Part shown: positions 39,520 through 51,771 of the stretch, piece by piece | How positions within the stretch are numbered: the stretch's first letter is position 1 | Layout of the letters: every line of letters begins with the position of its first letter | Origin: Carcharhinus longimanus | Taxonomy: Eukaryota | Reading direction: 5' to 3' | Length of the DNA stretch: 64,000 nucleotides | Assembly: GCA_030264375.1 (NCBI GenBank) | Contig: JASCQW010000098.1 | Location: 35,711,418-35,775,417, forward strand | Program-made: the position numbers and the translations under genes | The notes under the pieces: generated by a model | What the model was told of the DNA's origin: nothing | What the model saw: only the letters and a program-made list of their open reading frames with translations | Database searches by the model: none

Positions 39520-40945
39520 TTTATTCTTTCAGGGAGTGTTGACAACCCTAGCTAGGCCTGCTTGAGAAGGTGATGGTGTGCCAGCTTCCATGTGGTGTAC
39601 GTACACCCACAATACCGTTAGGGAGGGAGTTCCAGAATTGTGACCCAGTGACAGTAAAGGAAAATTGAAATTATTCCAAGCCAGAATGTTGTGGTTTCAA
39701 GGGAATCGGCAAGTGGTGTGCTGCATCCAGTTTGCACCAATGCATCCACTGCCTTTGTCCTTCTAGATTGTAGGTTTAGAAATGCTTTTGAAGGAGCCTT
39801 GGTGAATTGCTGCAGTGAGTCTTGTAGATGGTACACACTGCTGTCACTGTGAGTCAGTGGTGGAGGGGGTAAATGTTGAAGGTGGTGGACATGATGCCAG
39901 TCAAGCAGACTGTTTTGTTCTGGACAACGTTGAACTTTCTAGTTATTGTTAGCACTATACTCTTGCAGACAAGTGAAGAGTATTTCATCACATTCTGGTT
40001 TGTATGCTATAGATGGTGAGCAGATATTTGAAAGTCAGAAAATGAACTATTCACAACCAAATTCCAACCTTTGACTATTCTTGTTGTCCTGGTATTCATA
40101 CGGCTAGTTCAGTCTAGTTATTGGTCAGTTGTAATGCTAGGAGGATGATGGTGAGTTTCAGTGATTGTAATGTCAAGGGCAGATGGTTAGATTCACTCTT
40201 ATTGGAGATGGTAATTGTGTGGCATGAATGTTACTTGCAAATTATCAGTCCAAGCCTGAATGTTGTTCATATCTGGCTACATTTGGACTTGGACTGCTTC
40301 AGTATCTGAAGAGTGTGAATGGTGCTAAAATTGTGCAGTCATCAGCAAACAGTGTCCTACGTTGGGCCAAGAATTCTACCACAAGGAAGATCTGCAGTGT
40401 TGTCCTGCCTCTGAAATGATTTACCTCCAACAACCATAATCATCATCCTCAATATGACACCAACCAGTGGATAGTTTTCCTCCTGATTCCCAGTTTTGCT
40501 GGGCTCCTTGATGCGACACTCAGTCAAACGGTGCCTTGATGTCAGTGGCAATCATTCTCACCTCACTTCGATCAGGTCTTTTGCTCATGTTTAGAGAAAT
40601 GCTATAATGAGGTTGGCACTGAGTGGGCCTTGCAGAGGCCAGATTGAATGTCAGTGAGCAGGTTGCTGTGTTAGTGTTGCTTGGTAGCACTGTTGATGAT
40701 ATATTCCATTACTTTTCGATCAAGAGTAGATTGATGGAATGGTTAATTTGTCCTCCTTTTTCTAGGCAGGGCATATCTGGGCAATTTTCCATTTTGCTGG
40801 ATAGATGCCAGTTTTGTAGATATATTGGAACAGATTAGCTAGGGGCATGGCTATTTCTGGAACACAAGTCTTCCGGCAATCGCACTGAAAATTGTCAGGG
40901 ACAGCAGCATTTGCAGTATCCAGTGCCTTCAGCCATTTCTCGGCA
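39520..40945 (-). mobile_element. L2/CR1-group LINE RT plus 3' end, degenerate
   Basis: KWLKALDTANAAVPDN..KTCVPEIAMPLANLFQYIYKTGIYPAKWKIAQICPA; FADD; same tail as 27905. Confidence 0.85.
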
Positions 40946-42175
40946 TACATGGCAGTCAATCACAACACAAATCAGTTCCTTCCACTGAGGAGGGATAGAA
41001 AATAAATTTGCTGACATTAATTATGTAGATTCAAATCTAAGCTCCTTGAAGCTGGGTGACTGTGATAAGTCTTACTCAGTCATGGGACAATACACCTCGA
41101 TATATCCATATACTTGGTTACAAAATGAATGAAAAAGAAATCACACCACTGAAAGGCAAGGTCACTTGGATTGACTGCCTTATCTCATTGTTATTAATAT
41201 TGTATTTTGTACAAATTGACATTTTAATATAAGAAGCTCTAATGGCTGAGATCAATACCAGCAAACAAGTTTAGCAGAGGTTAGGCCCCCCACCTTTTTG
41301 CTGAGGCTGGCAGGGTCACCACATTGAAAATGAATATCTTGACCTGTTTGAACCACCCTTTCAGCAAGTTTTAGTCTCTCTCCCATTAGTGCTATTAAAA
41401 GATATCAATCATCGGCCTTTCAGCTAGGAAGCGTGTGCATGCCTCACTCCTTATTTGATATTAATTATGTTCTAACAACTCAGACTTGATAGGAGTCTTG
41501 GCTTTCCCATCATTGCTGTTTTCTTTGTGGTGTTTTCATTTTGTGACATTATTAATTGATTCTAACTCCCTCAGTTTTTGTTCGGCCACAGTCAAAACAG
41601 AACTTCATCGAGAGATCTGTCAACAGCTTGCTCTCGCTGGAAGCGCTTTGAATAGCATACTAAAATTAAAGTGGATCCATGTACAACTGAAGCAAGAGAG
41701 ACTTAAACCATACAAACATGTTTACTAATGTAACATTTTTGCTCATATACATTGCAAATGAATGCACTAAGACTTTGTGTAGGGGTTTGTAAATGATTAA
41801 AACAGTTGGAAGCTGTTACTTGTTTAGTGCAATGCAGAGGCCTGGTTTCACACATATAAAAACACGAGAAGATAAATGACTTACTTTTCCAGAAAAATGT
41901 TGATTTAATTCCGGGGGGGTGGGCGGGGTGGGGGAGGTGGTGGTGAAATATACTTGTTTCTAGTTCTGTTCCTAAGAAAAGCACACGTTGCTTGGATTTT
42001 ATTGAAGGAAATAACAGAAAATTCACAAAGGTGGCAACAATGCTTAAACTGCCGGATTGTCAGGATACTTTGGAATAGAAAAGTGGGAATTTTTATTTTC
42101 TACCGGAGTCTTGATTCTGCCTCACCATCCCAAAAAAAACAAAATGGAGGAACCATACAGGTATCAGTTCGAATA

Positions 42176-42530
42176 AGAATATAAGAACATAAGAAATAGG
42201 AGCAGGAGTAGGCCATCTAGCCCTTCAAGCTTGCCCCGCCATTCAATAAGATCATGGCTGATCTGTCGTGGCTCAGTTCCACATTCCCGCCCTCTCCCCA
42301 TAACNNNNNNNNNNNNNNNNNNNNNNNNNNNNNNNNNNNNNNNNNNNNNNNNNNNNNNNNNNNNNNNNNNNNNNNNNNNNNNNNNNNNNNNNNNNNNNNN
42401 NNNNTGCGGCGACCAAAACTGCACACAGTACTCCAGCTGTGGCCTCACCAGTACCCTGTACAGTTGCAGCAAGACTTCCCTACTTTTATATTCTATCCCC
42501 CTCACTATAAAAGCCAACATTCCATTCACA
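42176..42530 (-). mobile_element. Young CR1 3' end spanning a gap
   Basis: NGMLAFIVRGIEYKSREVLLQLYRVLVRPQLEYCVQFWSP; (TTCTTAT)n tail. Confidence 0.92.
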
Positions 42531-42552
42531 GGCCAGAAAGACAAATATTAAT

Positions 42553-44620
42553 GGGCCAGATTCTTATAGGATCAGACCAATGCTGGAAGACTTCAAAAAA
42601 GGCAAGCAGAGCCCAATGTTAGGCCCTGCACCCACTTTCCTGGTGTAATAACAGTGCAGGTAGCGAGCCTGTGCCCTGCAGTCCCAATATGGCCAGTTCC
42701 AATACATCTCATACCTGACCAATCCAACAACTTTTATGAAGTCTGACCAGTTTATCGAGAACTCATTGTTTTCAGCCCCTCAGAGGAGTCATGAACCATA
42801 GTCAAGATTCAATTTTTTTTTGAAAGATAGGTTTAACAAGTCTTCCCAATAACTGCTCTACGTCATCTACTCTCGCCCCCCTCCACTCTCCGTGACCCCT
42901 TGTTAATAAAAATTTGGCCCAATGTTTCAGGTTGATGACCCTTTTATCAGAACTGGGAAAAATTAGAGAGGTAACAATTTTTAAGCAAATGAAAAAGAGG
43001 AGTGAACCACCAACTGGCTTTTGTACATCTCTTGTCTGTTTATTTTTTCTCACCCTACTCCCTTTCATCTCCGTAAAACTAATTACGTCTTTAACTTTTT
43101 CCAGTTCTAATGAAAATTCATTGACCCAAAACAGGGAGGATTTTGCAGAGGCATCAGGTGTCTTGTCTGACAGCTGGAGAGGCAGCAAGAAGCCTCCCAG
43201 TGTGAAGAGCTTCTCAGGCACATAACAGATCACCAGTGGTCCTTCAACTGTATAAAGGATGCCAGAGATGGAAATTCTAGTCACTGAGAACTGCTGATCA
43301 GTCAGAGACCTGTGTGGTGTTTGAACCAAGTTGCGACACCAAATCTGCTTCTCACCAACTGAGGTGATGATGTCTGAGCTGCGGCAGTGTGGATGGGAGA
43401 CATATGACTCTGAGGTCCCTTCCTCTTCCTCAGAAATGGGTAAATGTTCTCTGGCAGATCTCTGGTCAAATGACTGACGTGTGTAACAGAACAATCTGAT
43501 CTAGCCCACTTGACCCTCCAGACTGGATCCTACAGACTAAGCTACAATTAAATTTACCCCTCTCACTTGCCCCTGTCACTTGCTCAATGGATGCCTCAAG
43601 CCTGTTTCTAAGATGATTCACACTCGCCAATTGCACTGCAGTCTCATGGTCCACAATGGGTTGGCTGACCTGCTAAGCTGCCACCTTGCTTCCCCCCCAC
43701 CCCCGCCCTTGAGATCCGGAAAAGGATGAATGGAACACTGTCACTGCTCTGTGCCCACTCCCTTGTATTCTGAGCCTTCTTTACCTACAGAGACCCAGGA
43801 GAATGATGTTACATGCTTCACTCGAACAAGCTCAGCACCTAATTGCTTTATTGCAGTGTCTGTGACTGAAGGCATTCCTGTAGTATTGGGCCACACAAGA
43901 GCGACCTTGTGTAAGTCAGCGATGCCTGGATCACATTCCCTGCCAGACAATGCTGCAACCATGCCTTTGTCAGTGGATGCTGCAGCCTCTATCCATTGCG
44001 GCTGACATGATGGACTCACCCTCACCATCATCTGCAACGTCACATCTCCCCATTTGTTGACCCTTTAACAGACACCTGAGGTTTATCTTTTACCCTGGCA
44101 GAGCACAGAGTGTTACTGACATGCTTGTGATACTGCAGCCATGTTCCTTTGACACCATGGCTGCTGAGTTCCTCTTGTGACGTCTATTCAGATTTGCTTG
44201 GTCAGGTGACTTGTCTCCTCCCACTCTCACTGTCCCTGGGTAAAAGGAACTCCCAAGCAGCCTAGAAGAGAATTTGTAGGAAGTCATGCTTGAACCATGA
44301 GGCCATCCAGGCCCAGGCTTCTGACATACCCACAAACTGCATTGTGGTTGGTTGGATTCATGGAGGCTACATGTCTGAGGCGGTTAGGGTTTTTTTTTTG
44401 AGGAGAGGTTGAAGAGGGCCTGAATAGAGAATAGACAGATGGAGGCTTCTGTGGGCTCCTCACAGGCTGCAGGTTTCTGACTGAAAACAACTTTGTTCAG
44501 GTCTCATAGTGGGGTCCCTTTTAATTTGCAGTCACCACCTTCTCTGTAGTTAAGTGGGAGGCATCAGAATGCCTCAGATTCCACTTCCAAATGCAAACTA
44601 CTTGTTGTGAATTGACTGGC
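42553..44620. mobile_element. Degenerate Harbinger remnant (partner ORF on minus) with a Penelope-type palindrome at ~42920-43130
   Basis: AAT|GGGCCAGATTCTTA TIR; low-complexity S/A/E/Q-rich minus peptides like other Harbinger partner ORFs; GTTTCAGGTTGATGACC..TCAGAAC / GTTCTAATGAAAATTCATTGACCCAAAAC arms. Confidence 0.5.
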
Positions 44621-46109
44621 TGGCATGGTTCAAAGCATAAATGGTGGCCAGAGTGAGAAGACCTTCACCACCAGCTTCCAACTCCACCTCTCTGATGCCA
44701 AAATAATTTCCAACCCTGACCAGGGACATGGCAGAGACTGCTACAAGTTACTTCAAGTAACACCTCAATTAACACTGAGGGGACAACTTTATGCTGTCAG
44801 TTTAACTGGTCTAGGACAGTGAACCAAACAACTACACCAGCACTGGACCACTCAATCAATTGTCAATCTGTTTATTAAAAGTGGACCACCTTCTTGTCAA
44901 TCATGCTGCACAAACTTGCTCTTTTCTTTGCTAGCATATAGCACAATGGAACAAATTACACTGAACTTCTTGACCATTGTATAACTGATGCAAATCTGTT
45001 CATTCATCCTCCTGCATCAGGTGTGGTTCAGTGATGAGTCTCGTGCCTTTAAGTCACAAGGGCTTTGGTTCACAGATTCAGACATGTAAGCAAATAATTC
45101 AGGCAGCCTTCCTTCCAGTGGCCCAACTGAACCATAGCTCCAGCATCTATTTTTTCTTTGTAGGCCTGCTTGCAGTTCTAGTAGCGCCCACTACACAGTT
45201 CTGGCACTGCTGGGACTACTGGAGCTACCGATCAATCTGACTGTTGTCAAGCACGGCACTTCCTCCCACTGAGTAGTGAAGTCCCATTCTTTCTGTGTTT
45301 AGCCTGCTGGCAGTGTGTTCTGTCTGTGGGACAGGCTTATTTTAGTCATATTGCAAGGGTCAGCCAGCAGTCAATGATGGGGAGAAAGTGAGCAATATGC
45401 CTGTCTGTGAAATCCAGTCCCATATTTCTTTATCCCATATCTTTTTAATACTTTTGGTAAATCAAAATCAATTAATTTCAGTTTTAAATTCATTGATCTA
45501 GAATCAGTTGCCATTTGCAAAAGAGTTCCAAATTTCTACTTTGCTTGAAGAAACATCTCCTGGCTTCACTATTGCAAGATCTATGTCTTCTTATTAGGCT
45601 ATGTCCCCTGCCCTGGTCCAGATTCCCCCATCAGCAGAAATAGTTTATCCCAATCTACCTATTGCTACCATAAAATGTCTTTGTCAATGTCAACCAAACC
45701 ACCCCTTAACCTTCTAAATTCTAAGTAATACAACTCAAATTTGTTTAACCTCATCATGACTTGACCCTTGAAGCCTGTATATCATTTCTATAAATCTACA
45801 ATGCACTCTCTCCAAAACCAATATCCTTCTAGAAGTGTGGCGCCTAGACTTGCTCACAGTACTTCTAGTGTGGTCTAACTTAGTGAAACTGAAGCATGAA
45901 TTTTATCATCTTGTATTTGTGGCCCTCCGTATATAAAAGCCTGAATTACATTAGTTTTTTTGATGATTTTTCTAAACTTGTTAATGCACTTTAATCATCT
46001 TTGTACCTAGACACCCAAATCTTTCTGGATAACCACTGTTTTCAGCTTCTCATCATTTAGTAAGTCCACTTCAGTCTAAAGCTGGTGATTTCACATTCCC
46101 CTCCTTTTG

Positions 46110-46556
46110 TCAAACATGACAGCTCAGTGACTATCACTGTTTGCTGTGCAGATACNNNNNNNNNNNNNNNNNNNNNNNNNNNNNNNNNNNNNNNNNNNNN
46201 NNNNNNNNNNNNNNNNNNNNNNNNNNNNNNNNNNNNNNNNNNNNNNNNNNNNNNNAGCTCAGTGACTATCACTGTTTGCTGTGCAGATACATGGATTTGG
46301 GCCAGTGTCTGCGGGAGTTTGCACATTGTCCCCGTGATTGCATGGGTTTTCTCCGGTTTCCTCCCACACCCCAAAAACGTGCTCTTAGGCAGATTGGTGT
46401 AACAAATTGTCCCTAAATTAGTCTTCCCTCAATCTTCCCTGATAGGCGTAGACAAAGGTCATAGGTAGAGGAGGGTAGTCATAATGATAAAATGGCGGTG
46501 CGGGCTCGTTGGGCCGAAGAGCCTGTTTCCCGTGCTGTGTTGTTCTTTGTTCTTTG
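46110..46556 (+). mobile_element. V-SINE with (TTCTTTG)n CR1 tail
   Basis: V domain GTCTGCGGGAGTTTGCACATTGTCCCCG; tail matches the CR1 end at 29850-29920. Confidence 0.8.
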
Positions 46557-46661
46557 TCACAGATTTGCACACACACTCAATCTTTCAATTTCTCTAATTT
46601 TATGTTTCCATCTACGCTACCTGCAATACTGCCTACCAATATCACTGAATTCCGATATGTG

Positions 46662-46789
46662 GGCTGGGATTTTACAGCTTTGCTCAGGCAAGACCAGAAA
46701 TTCCTTCCCGAGGTCAACGGAGGTTTCCGACCCTGTCAGACCCTTGCCCTCACCGATTCCATGGCAGGCAAAGTGGTAAAGTTCTGGCT
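46662..46789 (+). mobile_element. Harbinger-type MITE
   Basis: GGCTGGGATTTTAC / GTAAAGTTCTGGCT TIRs; CCCGAGGTCAACGG core. Confidence 0.75.
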
Positions 46790-47479
46790 GAGATTTCCTT
46801 TCCTACCCTATCATCTAAGTCATAAATGAATAAGTAGAAAAATTGAGGCTTCAACACAGATCCTTGTGAGACAATATTATTTGCAACGAGTAATTCTTAT
46901 CCAGGTCAGTAATTTGCCTTCAATTTCATAAGCTTCAACTTTAGCTGACTCTTTTGAAGAACTTTATATTAAACGCATACTGAAAGTCCATAGAAGAAAC
47001 ATTCATAGCCATTCCCATGTCCACTGCTTTAGTTACTTATTCAAAAGATTCATCAGGCATGACCTTCCCTTGACAAACATTCAAAAGTGTTTAATTGGCT
47101 GTAAAGTACTTTGGGACATCCTGAGTTCATGAAGTCTCATATAAATGCAAATTCTTCTTTTCGTTACAACTGATCATCAAATATTACATCACTTTGGTCC
47201 TACCTTTGGAAATTCTTCCCTAAAGCTACCCTCCTTAGCATCCTTAAAAAAACTTGAAAGATTTTCTTTGAACAGGCTTTTTGTCATTTCCCTCAATGTC
47301 TCACTTCCTACTCAGCATCTGTTGTAGTTGCACCTATTTAAAAAATGCCTTGAGATTTTTTTTCGTACATGAATGTAATAGCAAATAGTGGCTCCTATTG
47401 ATACTTGTGTGTGACATAATCATAATAAATAAGGTACATTTCACATTTTCCATTTTAAATAAAATACTACTACAAGCCC

Positions 47480-47800
47480 TCCTCAACTTCAGAACATTAA
47501 GTGCTTTGCAGAAATTCAGTTTGTACTTTTGAAGTGTAGTCACTGATGTAAGGTTGAAATAACAGCAATTACCACTGTATACAACAAGGCTCAACAAACA
47601 ATAGTGAGATACATAACAGCCAGAACATGGCGCAAATTTCTTCTGTTCTTCTTTGAATGGTACCATTGGATCCACTGAGATAGGCCCTAAGTTTAACATC
47701 TCCATTGATAATGGCACCTTCAACAATGTGGCATTTCTTCCGTTACTAAACTGGAACATCAGTCTAGGTGATGTCATATCACATGACTCTCAACTTTCTA
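47480..47800 (-). mobile_element. SacSINE1/Deu-domain SINE
   Basis: TACTTTTGAAGTGTAGTCACTG..GTTTAACATCTC..GGCACCTTCAACAATGTGGCA (reverse of the Deu domain). Confidence 0.75.
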
Positions 47801-47857
47801 ACTTGTCACAGTGAGCATCGAGAAAGGTCAGTATTTCTCCAGCAGCCACTGAAAATT

Positions 47858-48990
47858 ATATGATACTGTTTTGAAAACCAGACTTACCATAAAGTCAAGG
47901 CAGAGGTCCGGAGAGTTTGTGCTTGCACAGACAGGGAATGGGCTGCAAATGTACAATTCAGTATTTTATGTTGTTTAGATGGACATGCAGGGCCTGCACA
48001 AAAGGGAAACCGAAGAAAAAACTTGGATTATGCGACCAACAGCAGGGCGCCTTTGAAGACAAGTGTCCCAGATGGGGTAGAGGGAGGTCCCAGTTAAATT
48101 AAAAGAAAAGAAGAGCAGAGATAATAGCTCTAAGCAGGGAAAAGGCTGCTGTTAGCTCTTCTCCTGAGTGGCTCAGGAAAAGCCAATCGAAGAGGACCTA
48201 TCAATCAAAGAGCTCTTATGAGCAGCCTTGAGATCCAAGGAGGCAGCAGAAGGTTGGTGACTCCATGCTGTAAGCTGCTGGGGCAAGAGTAACCCTTTGC
48301 AGCAGTAATATTCTGCTCAGCACACTGAAGAGCTGAAATTGTGCTTGTGTGCATGAGTGCAGACTTGGGAATCTATAAGAACAGAATCTTGGGAGATCAG
48401 ATTGAAACCCTGCAAAGTGGGCCATTTTTTGAGGCGGTCTGAGTTGGAGCAGCCTTTTGGAGAGATTCCAGGGTGACATCTTCTAAGGTGAAGACAGGAA
48501 TCCCTCCTGTGAGATAGTGTCTCACAAGAACGGTTGACTGACTGAGTGTTTACTGACGTCAGGATGGGTTGTTGAGAAATCTGAACTCTGTCTTGGTTGT
48601 ATTTGTCATTTAGCGTTCAGTGTAATGTTTGACAACAGTTTGCCCTCTAATTCATGTGTATCTTATATTAACCCTGAATAGATATTGGATGGAATTCTCA
48701 GGCTGTTCATGCCTCGCTGCTGCTGCCAGCGAAAATGGAGAATTTAGCACCTTGCCAAATCTCCATTCACAGTAGTGGGACAGGAGAATCCCAGTCATAG
48801 ATGAGCTCAGAGAATCCAGCCCATTGTAAATTGTTGTATCGTAAAGTTTGTTCAATACACAGAACAGCGTAGCTTTATTCACTGAGCATGTGTCTTGAAA
48901 CTCAAACCTTGCTTATTTTAAAGAAAACATTATAGGACCTTAACTGGATCTTAACAAAAACTTAGGTGTCTGGTCCAAGGTTATACCAAT
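47858..48990 (+). mobile_element. Solo LTR with a MITE insertion
   Basis: TATGATAC start; GTAAAGTTTG polyA-region-like segment; ends GGTGTCTGGTCCAAGGTTATACCA, reverse-similar to the start of 33751. Confidence 0.5.
48687..48822. mobile_element. Harbinger-type MITE with ATT TSD
   Basis: ATT|GGATGGAATTCTC...GAGAATCCAGCCC|ATT. Confidence 0.8.
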
Positions 48991-49129
48991 TTAGATTACC
49001 ATGCAAAAACTGTGATGTATTTTCTTGTTATAACTTTGGAATGCGTTCTTCCAATACGTAATACAATTCATTACTAGTTCATGCTATGCAAATATTGATA
49101 CATCTGTTCCTTAAAGTTAGCCCTGAGGA

Positions 49130-49392
49130 CTGAGGACAGTTGTTAACACTGCTGCCTCACAGTGCCAGGGACCTGGGTTCAATTCCGGTTTCGGATCACT
49201 GTCTGTTTGGAGTTTGCACATTTTCTCTGCGCTATTTCTTCCCACATTCCAAAGATGTGCAGTTTAAGTAGATTGGCCATGCTAAATTGACCCACAGTCA
49301 GGGGGCCTAGCAAGGTAAATACATGGGGTTCTGGGGATAGTCCTGGGTGGGATTGTTGTCAGTGCAGACTGAATGGGCTGAATAGCCTCCTG
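49130..49392 (+). mobile_element. HE1-type V-SINE
   Basis: Head, GGGTTCAATTCC B-box, V domain, CR1 tail. Confidence 0.88.
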
Positions 49393-49487
49393 CTGCACTA
49401 TAGGGATTCTGAGAGTCAGTATCTACTGTCCAAAGTACAATAATTGTCATCTTATGAATTTGAAATGTTTCACTGTATAGTGGTGGG

Positions 49488-49965
49488 ATCATAGAAATCC
49501 TACAGTTACAAAGAGGCCATTCGGCCCATCGAGTCTGCACCGACCACAATCCCACCCAGGCCCTACTCCCATACCCGTTCATATTTTACCCACTAATCCT
49601 CTAACCTGTGCATCTAAGGTCAATTTAGCATGGCCAATCAACCTAACCTGCACATCATTGGACTGTGGGAAGAAACACCTGGAGGAAACCCATGATGACA
49701 CGAGGAGAATGTGCAAACTCCACACAGACAGTGACCCAAGCTGGGAATCGAACCCAGGTTCCTGGAGCTGTGAAGCAGCNNNNNNNNNNNNNNNNNNNNN
49801 NNNNNNNNNNNNNNNNNNNNNNNNNNNNNNNNNNNNNNNNNNNNNNNNNNNNNNNNNNNNNNNNNNNNNNNNNNNNNNNACAGACAGTGACCCAAGCTGG
49901 GAATCGAACCCAGGTTCCTGGAGCTGTGAAGCAGCAGTGCTAACCACTGTGCTACCGTGCTGCCC
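49488..49965 (-). mobile_element. HE1-type V-SINE (gap with duplicated flanks)
   Basis: GGGCAGCACGGTAGCACAGTGGTTAGC head; GATTTCTATGA tail. Confidence 0.88.
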
Positions 49966-51771
49966 ACATAGATATAGAATTGATTCCTTGCAATCCAAGA
50001 TGATATAAGGAGTGGCCTTCAGAATCATGTCTGGGTTTCCAGATTGCAGGTTTGCCTTGGTATACACTTTACTTTTGCACAATGAAAGTAGAATTCTAAG
50101 GAGAATTAAATGATCAATCATGCTCAAGTGCAGTCAAGGTCAATATTCTATGTAGGTCAACTGAATCTATACTCAGAGGTGTCAGCTGCAAGAGTCTCAG
50201 GTGGGGTTATGAGATTTGTAAACTGCAAAAGTAGATATGTCAGTTGTGGAATGCAGAGAAGCACAAACACACATCACAACACCCGACGAAGATTTGGTCA
50301 TTTAATTTATTATTCTAATGTACTGTGTAAAGAAATTACCAACCTGGGAGAATGGTTCAAATTTACTCAGATCAGCACTCCTTCAGTATTGTTTTATGAA
50401 AGTGTAAACATTGTCAAACTAGCCTTTGAGTGAACCTGAAATAAAATCTTAAAAGTACCAGACAGAGTATAACCATTGGTAACACACTGAGCTCCTGACT
50501 GCATGGCACTTCAGCTATAATGGAGGAAATATGAGGTCAGCTGCACCCTGTTAGCGCGCAACAAATCATTACCAAGTAATTCGAGTGAGTAGTCAATGAT
50601 CTGGATGGTTACCTTTCTTATTTCACTGTAAAGCGTGCTGCTTCCCAAAGGAATCACTGAGGAGAGAGGATGGTTCCAACTAATGGCCTGAAATGAGTGC
50701 GAGAATGCACCATGCCTGTCTTGGGGACTGTCAGGCAAATTGGCAAGGGTGACTTTGTAAATCACTGCAGCTTTTGTGGAAAAATGCAGATAACACAAGG
50801 ACTACAATTTTATAACTGTCAGTTAATGTTCTCTGCCTGAATCACCTATTGGAAGACAATGGTTTACAACCTGGTACAGTGAGGAGGCCTTTTTTATTGC
50901 CTTACAAGTAGCAACATTCCAGACATAGCAGGTGATTAATTTCATTGGTTAGCAATTAAAGAAAACTATTATCATCAGTTTCTGCTGTGCTTTCCTCTAA
51001 TCTCAGCTCTTTGAGTGACTTTATCAGTCAGATCTGGACCTCAGAGCTGCTGTATAAAGAACACTATTAACATTGTGTTGTATCGGTTCAGAATCATACA
51101 TTAGCTTACATGTTTGAAAATCCTCTATCCTTTCTTCTACTGAGATTCAAGGTGTAATTTATCCAAAATAAGAAGTTTGCATCAGATACACTGTTGCACT
51201 TTATAAATAAATTAGTCGTTATGGCTGAAATCCACTTCCATAATTATTGGGCAATTTCATTATGTAACTTCAATTAACTGTTAATCCTCAATGTTTTCTA
51301 TATTATATATTTGGCTGATTTCATTTTTGTTTGTATATGTTAGCAACAATTAATTTCTTTGAATAAGATCTTTACTAATCTTGCCCCTTGTCTTTATCAC
51401 TGTTCCTTCATTTTCCTAGAATCATAGTAATTAAACTTCAGGAGACCATTTGGCCCATTGCATGACACATTCATCTGAAGCAACCAATACTAATTCAATT
51501 TTCTTGCCCGTCTTTTCTCTTATATATGATATCAGTTTCAGTAGTCACATAGATTTCTGACCAAAACATTTCTATTGTTAATAAACTATGCCCCTTATTA
51601 CAGAAGCACAAATAGATGGAAATAACTTTTCACTTATTACTTCCCAAGCATATTTTCCATTGTTTTCCAATGCATCAAGTAACACTTCAGATGTTAACAA
51701 CTGCTGCAGTCAAATAGTAAGGATTTGGGATATGGAATAGCATGAGGCTGAGGGATTATCAGCTAGGCAAT

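Larger units (their letters stand above)
45430..47075 (-). mobile_element. Old CR1 RT/3' fragment interrupted by a SINE and a MITE
   Basis: Reverse-strand RPH.EYC..VW.PH, GKVMPD and AYEIEGK remnants. Confidence 0.65.

Noticed and set aside
46120-46290. Direct repeats flanking 100-N gaps (also 49722-49938)
   Set aside because: Identical sequence on both sides of a fixed-length gap is a scaffolding overlap artefact.
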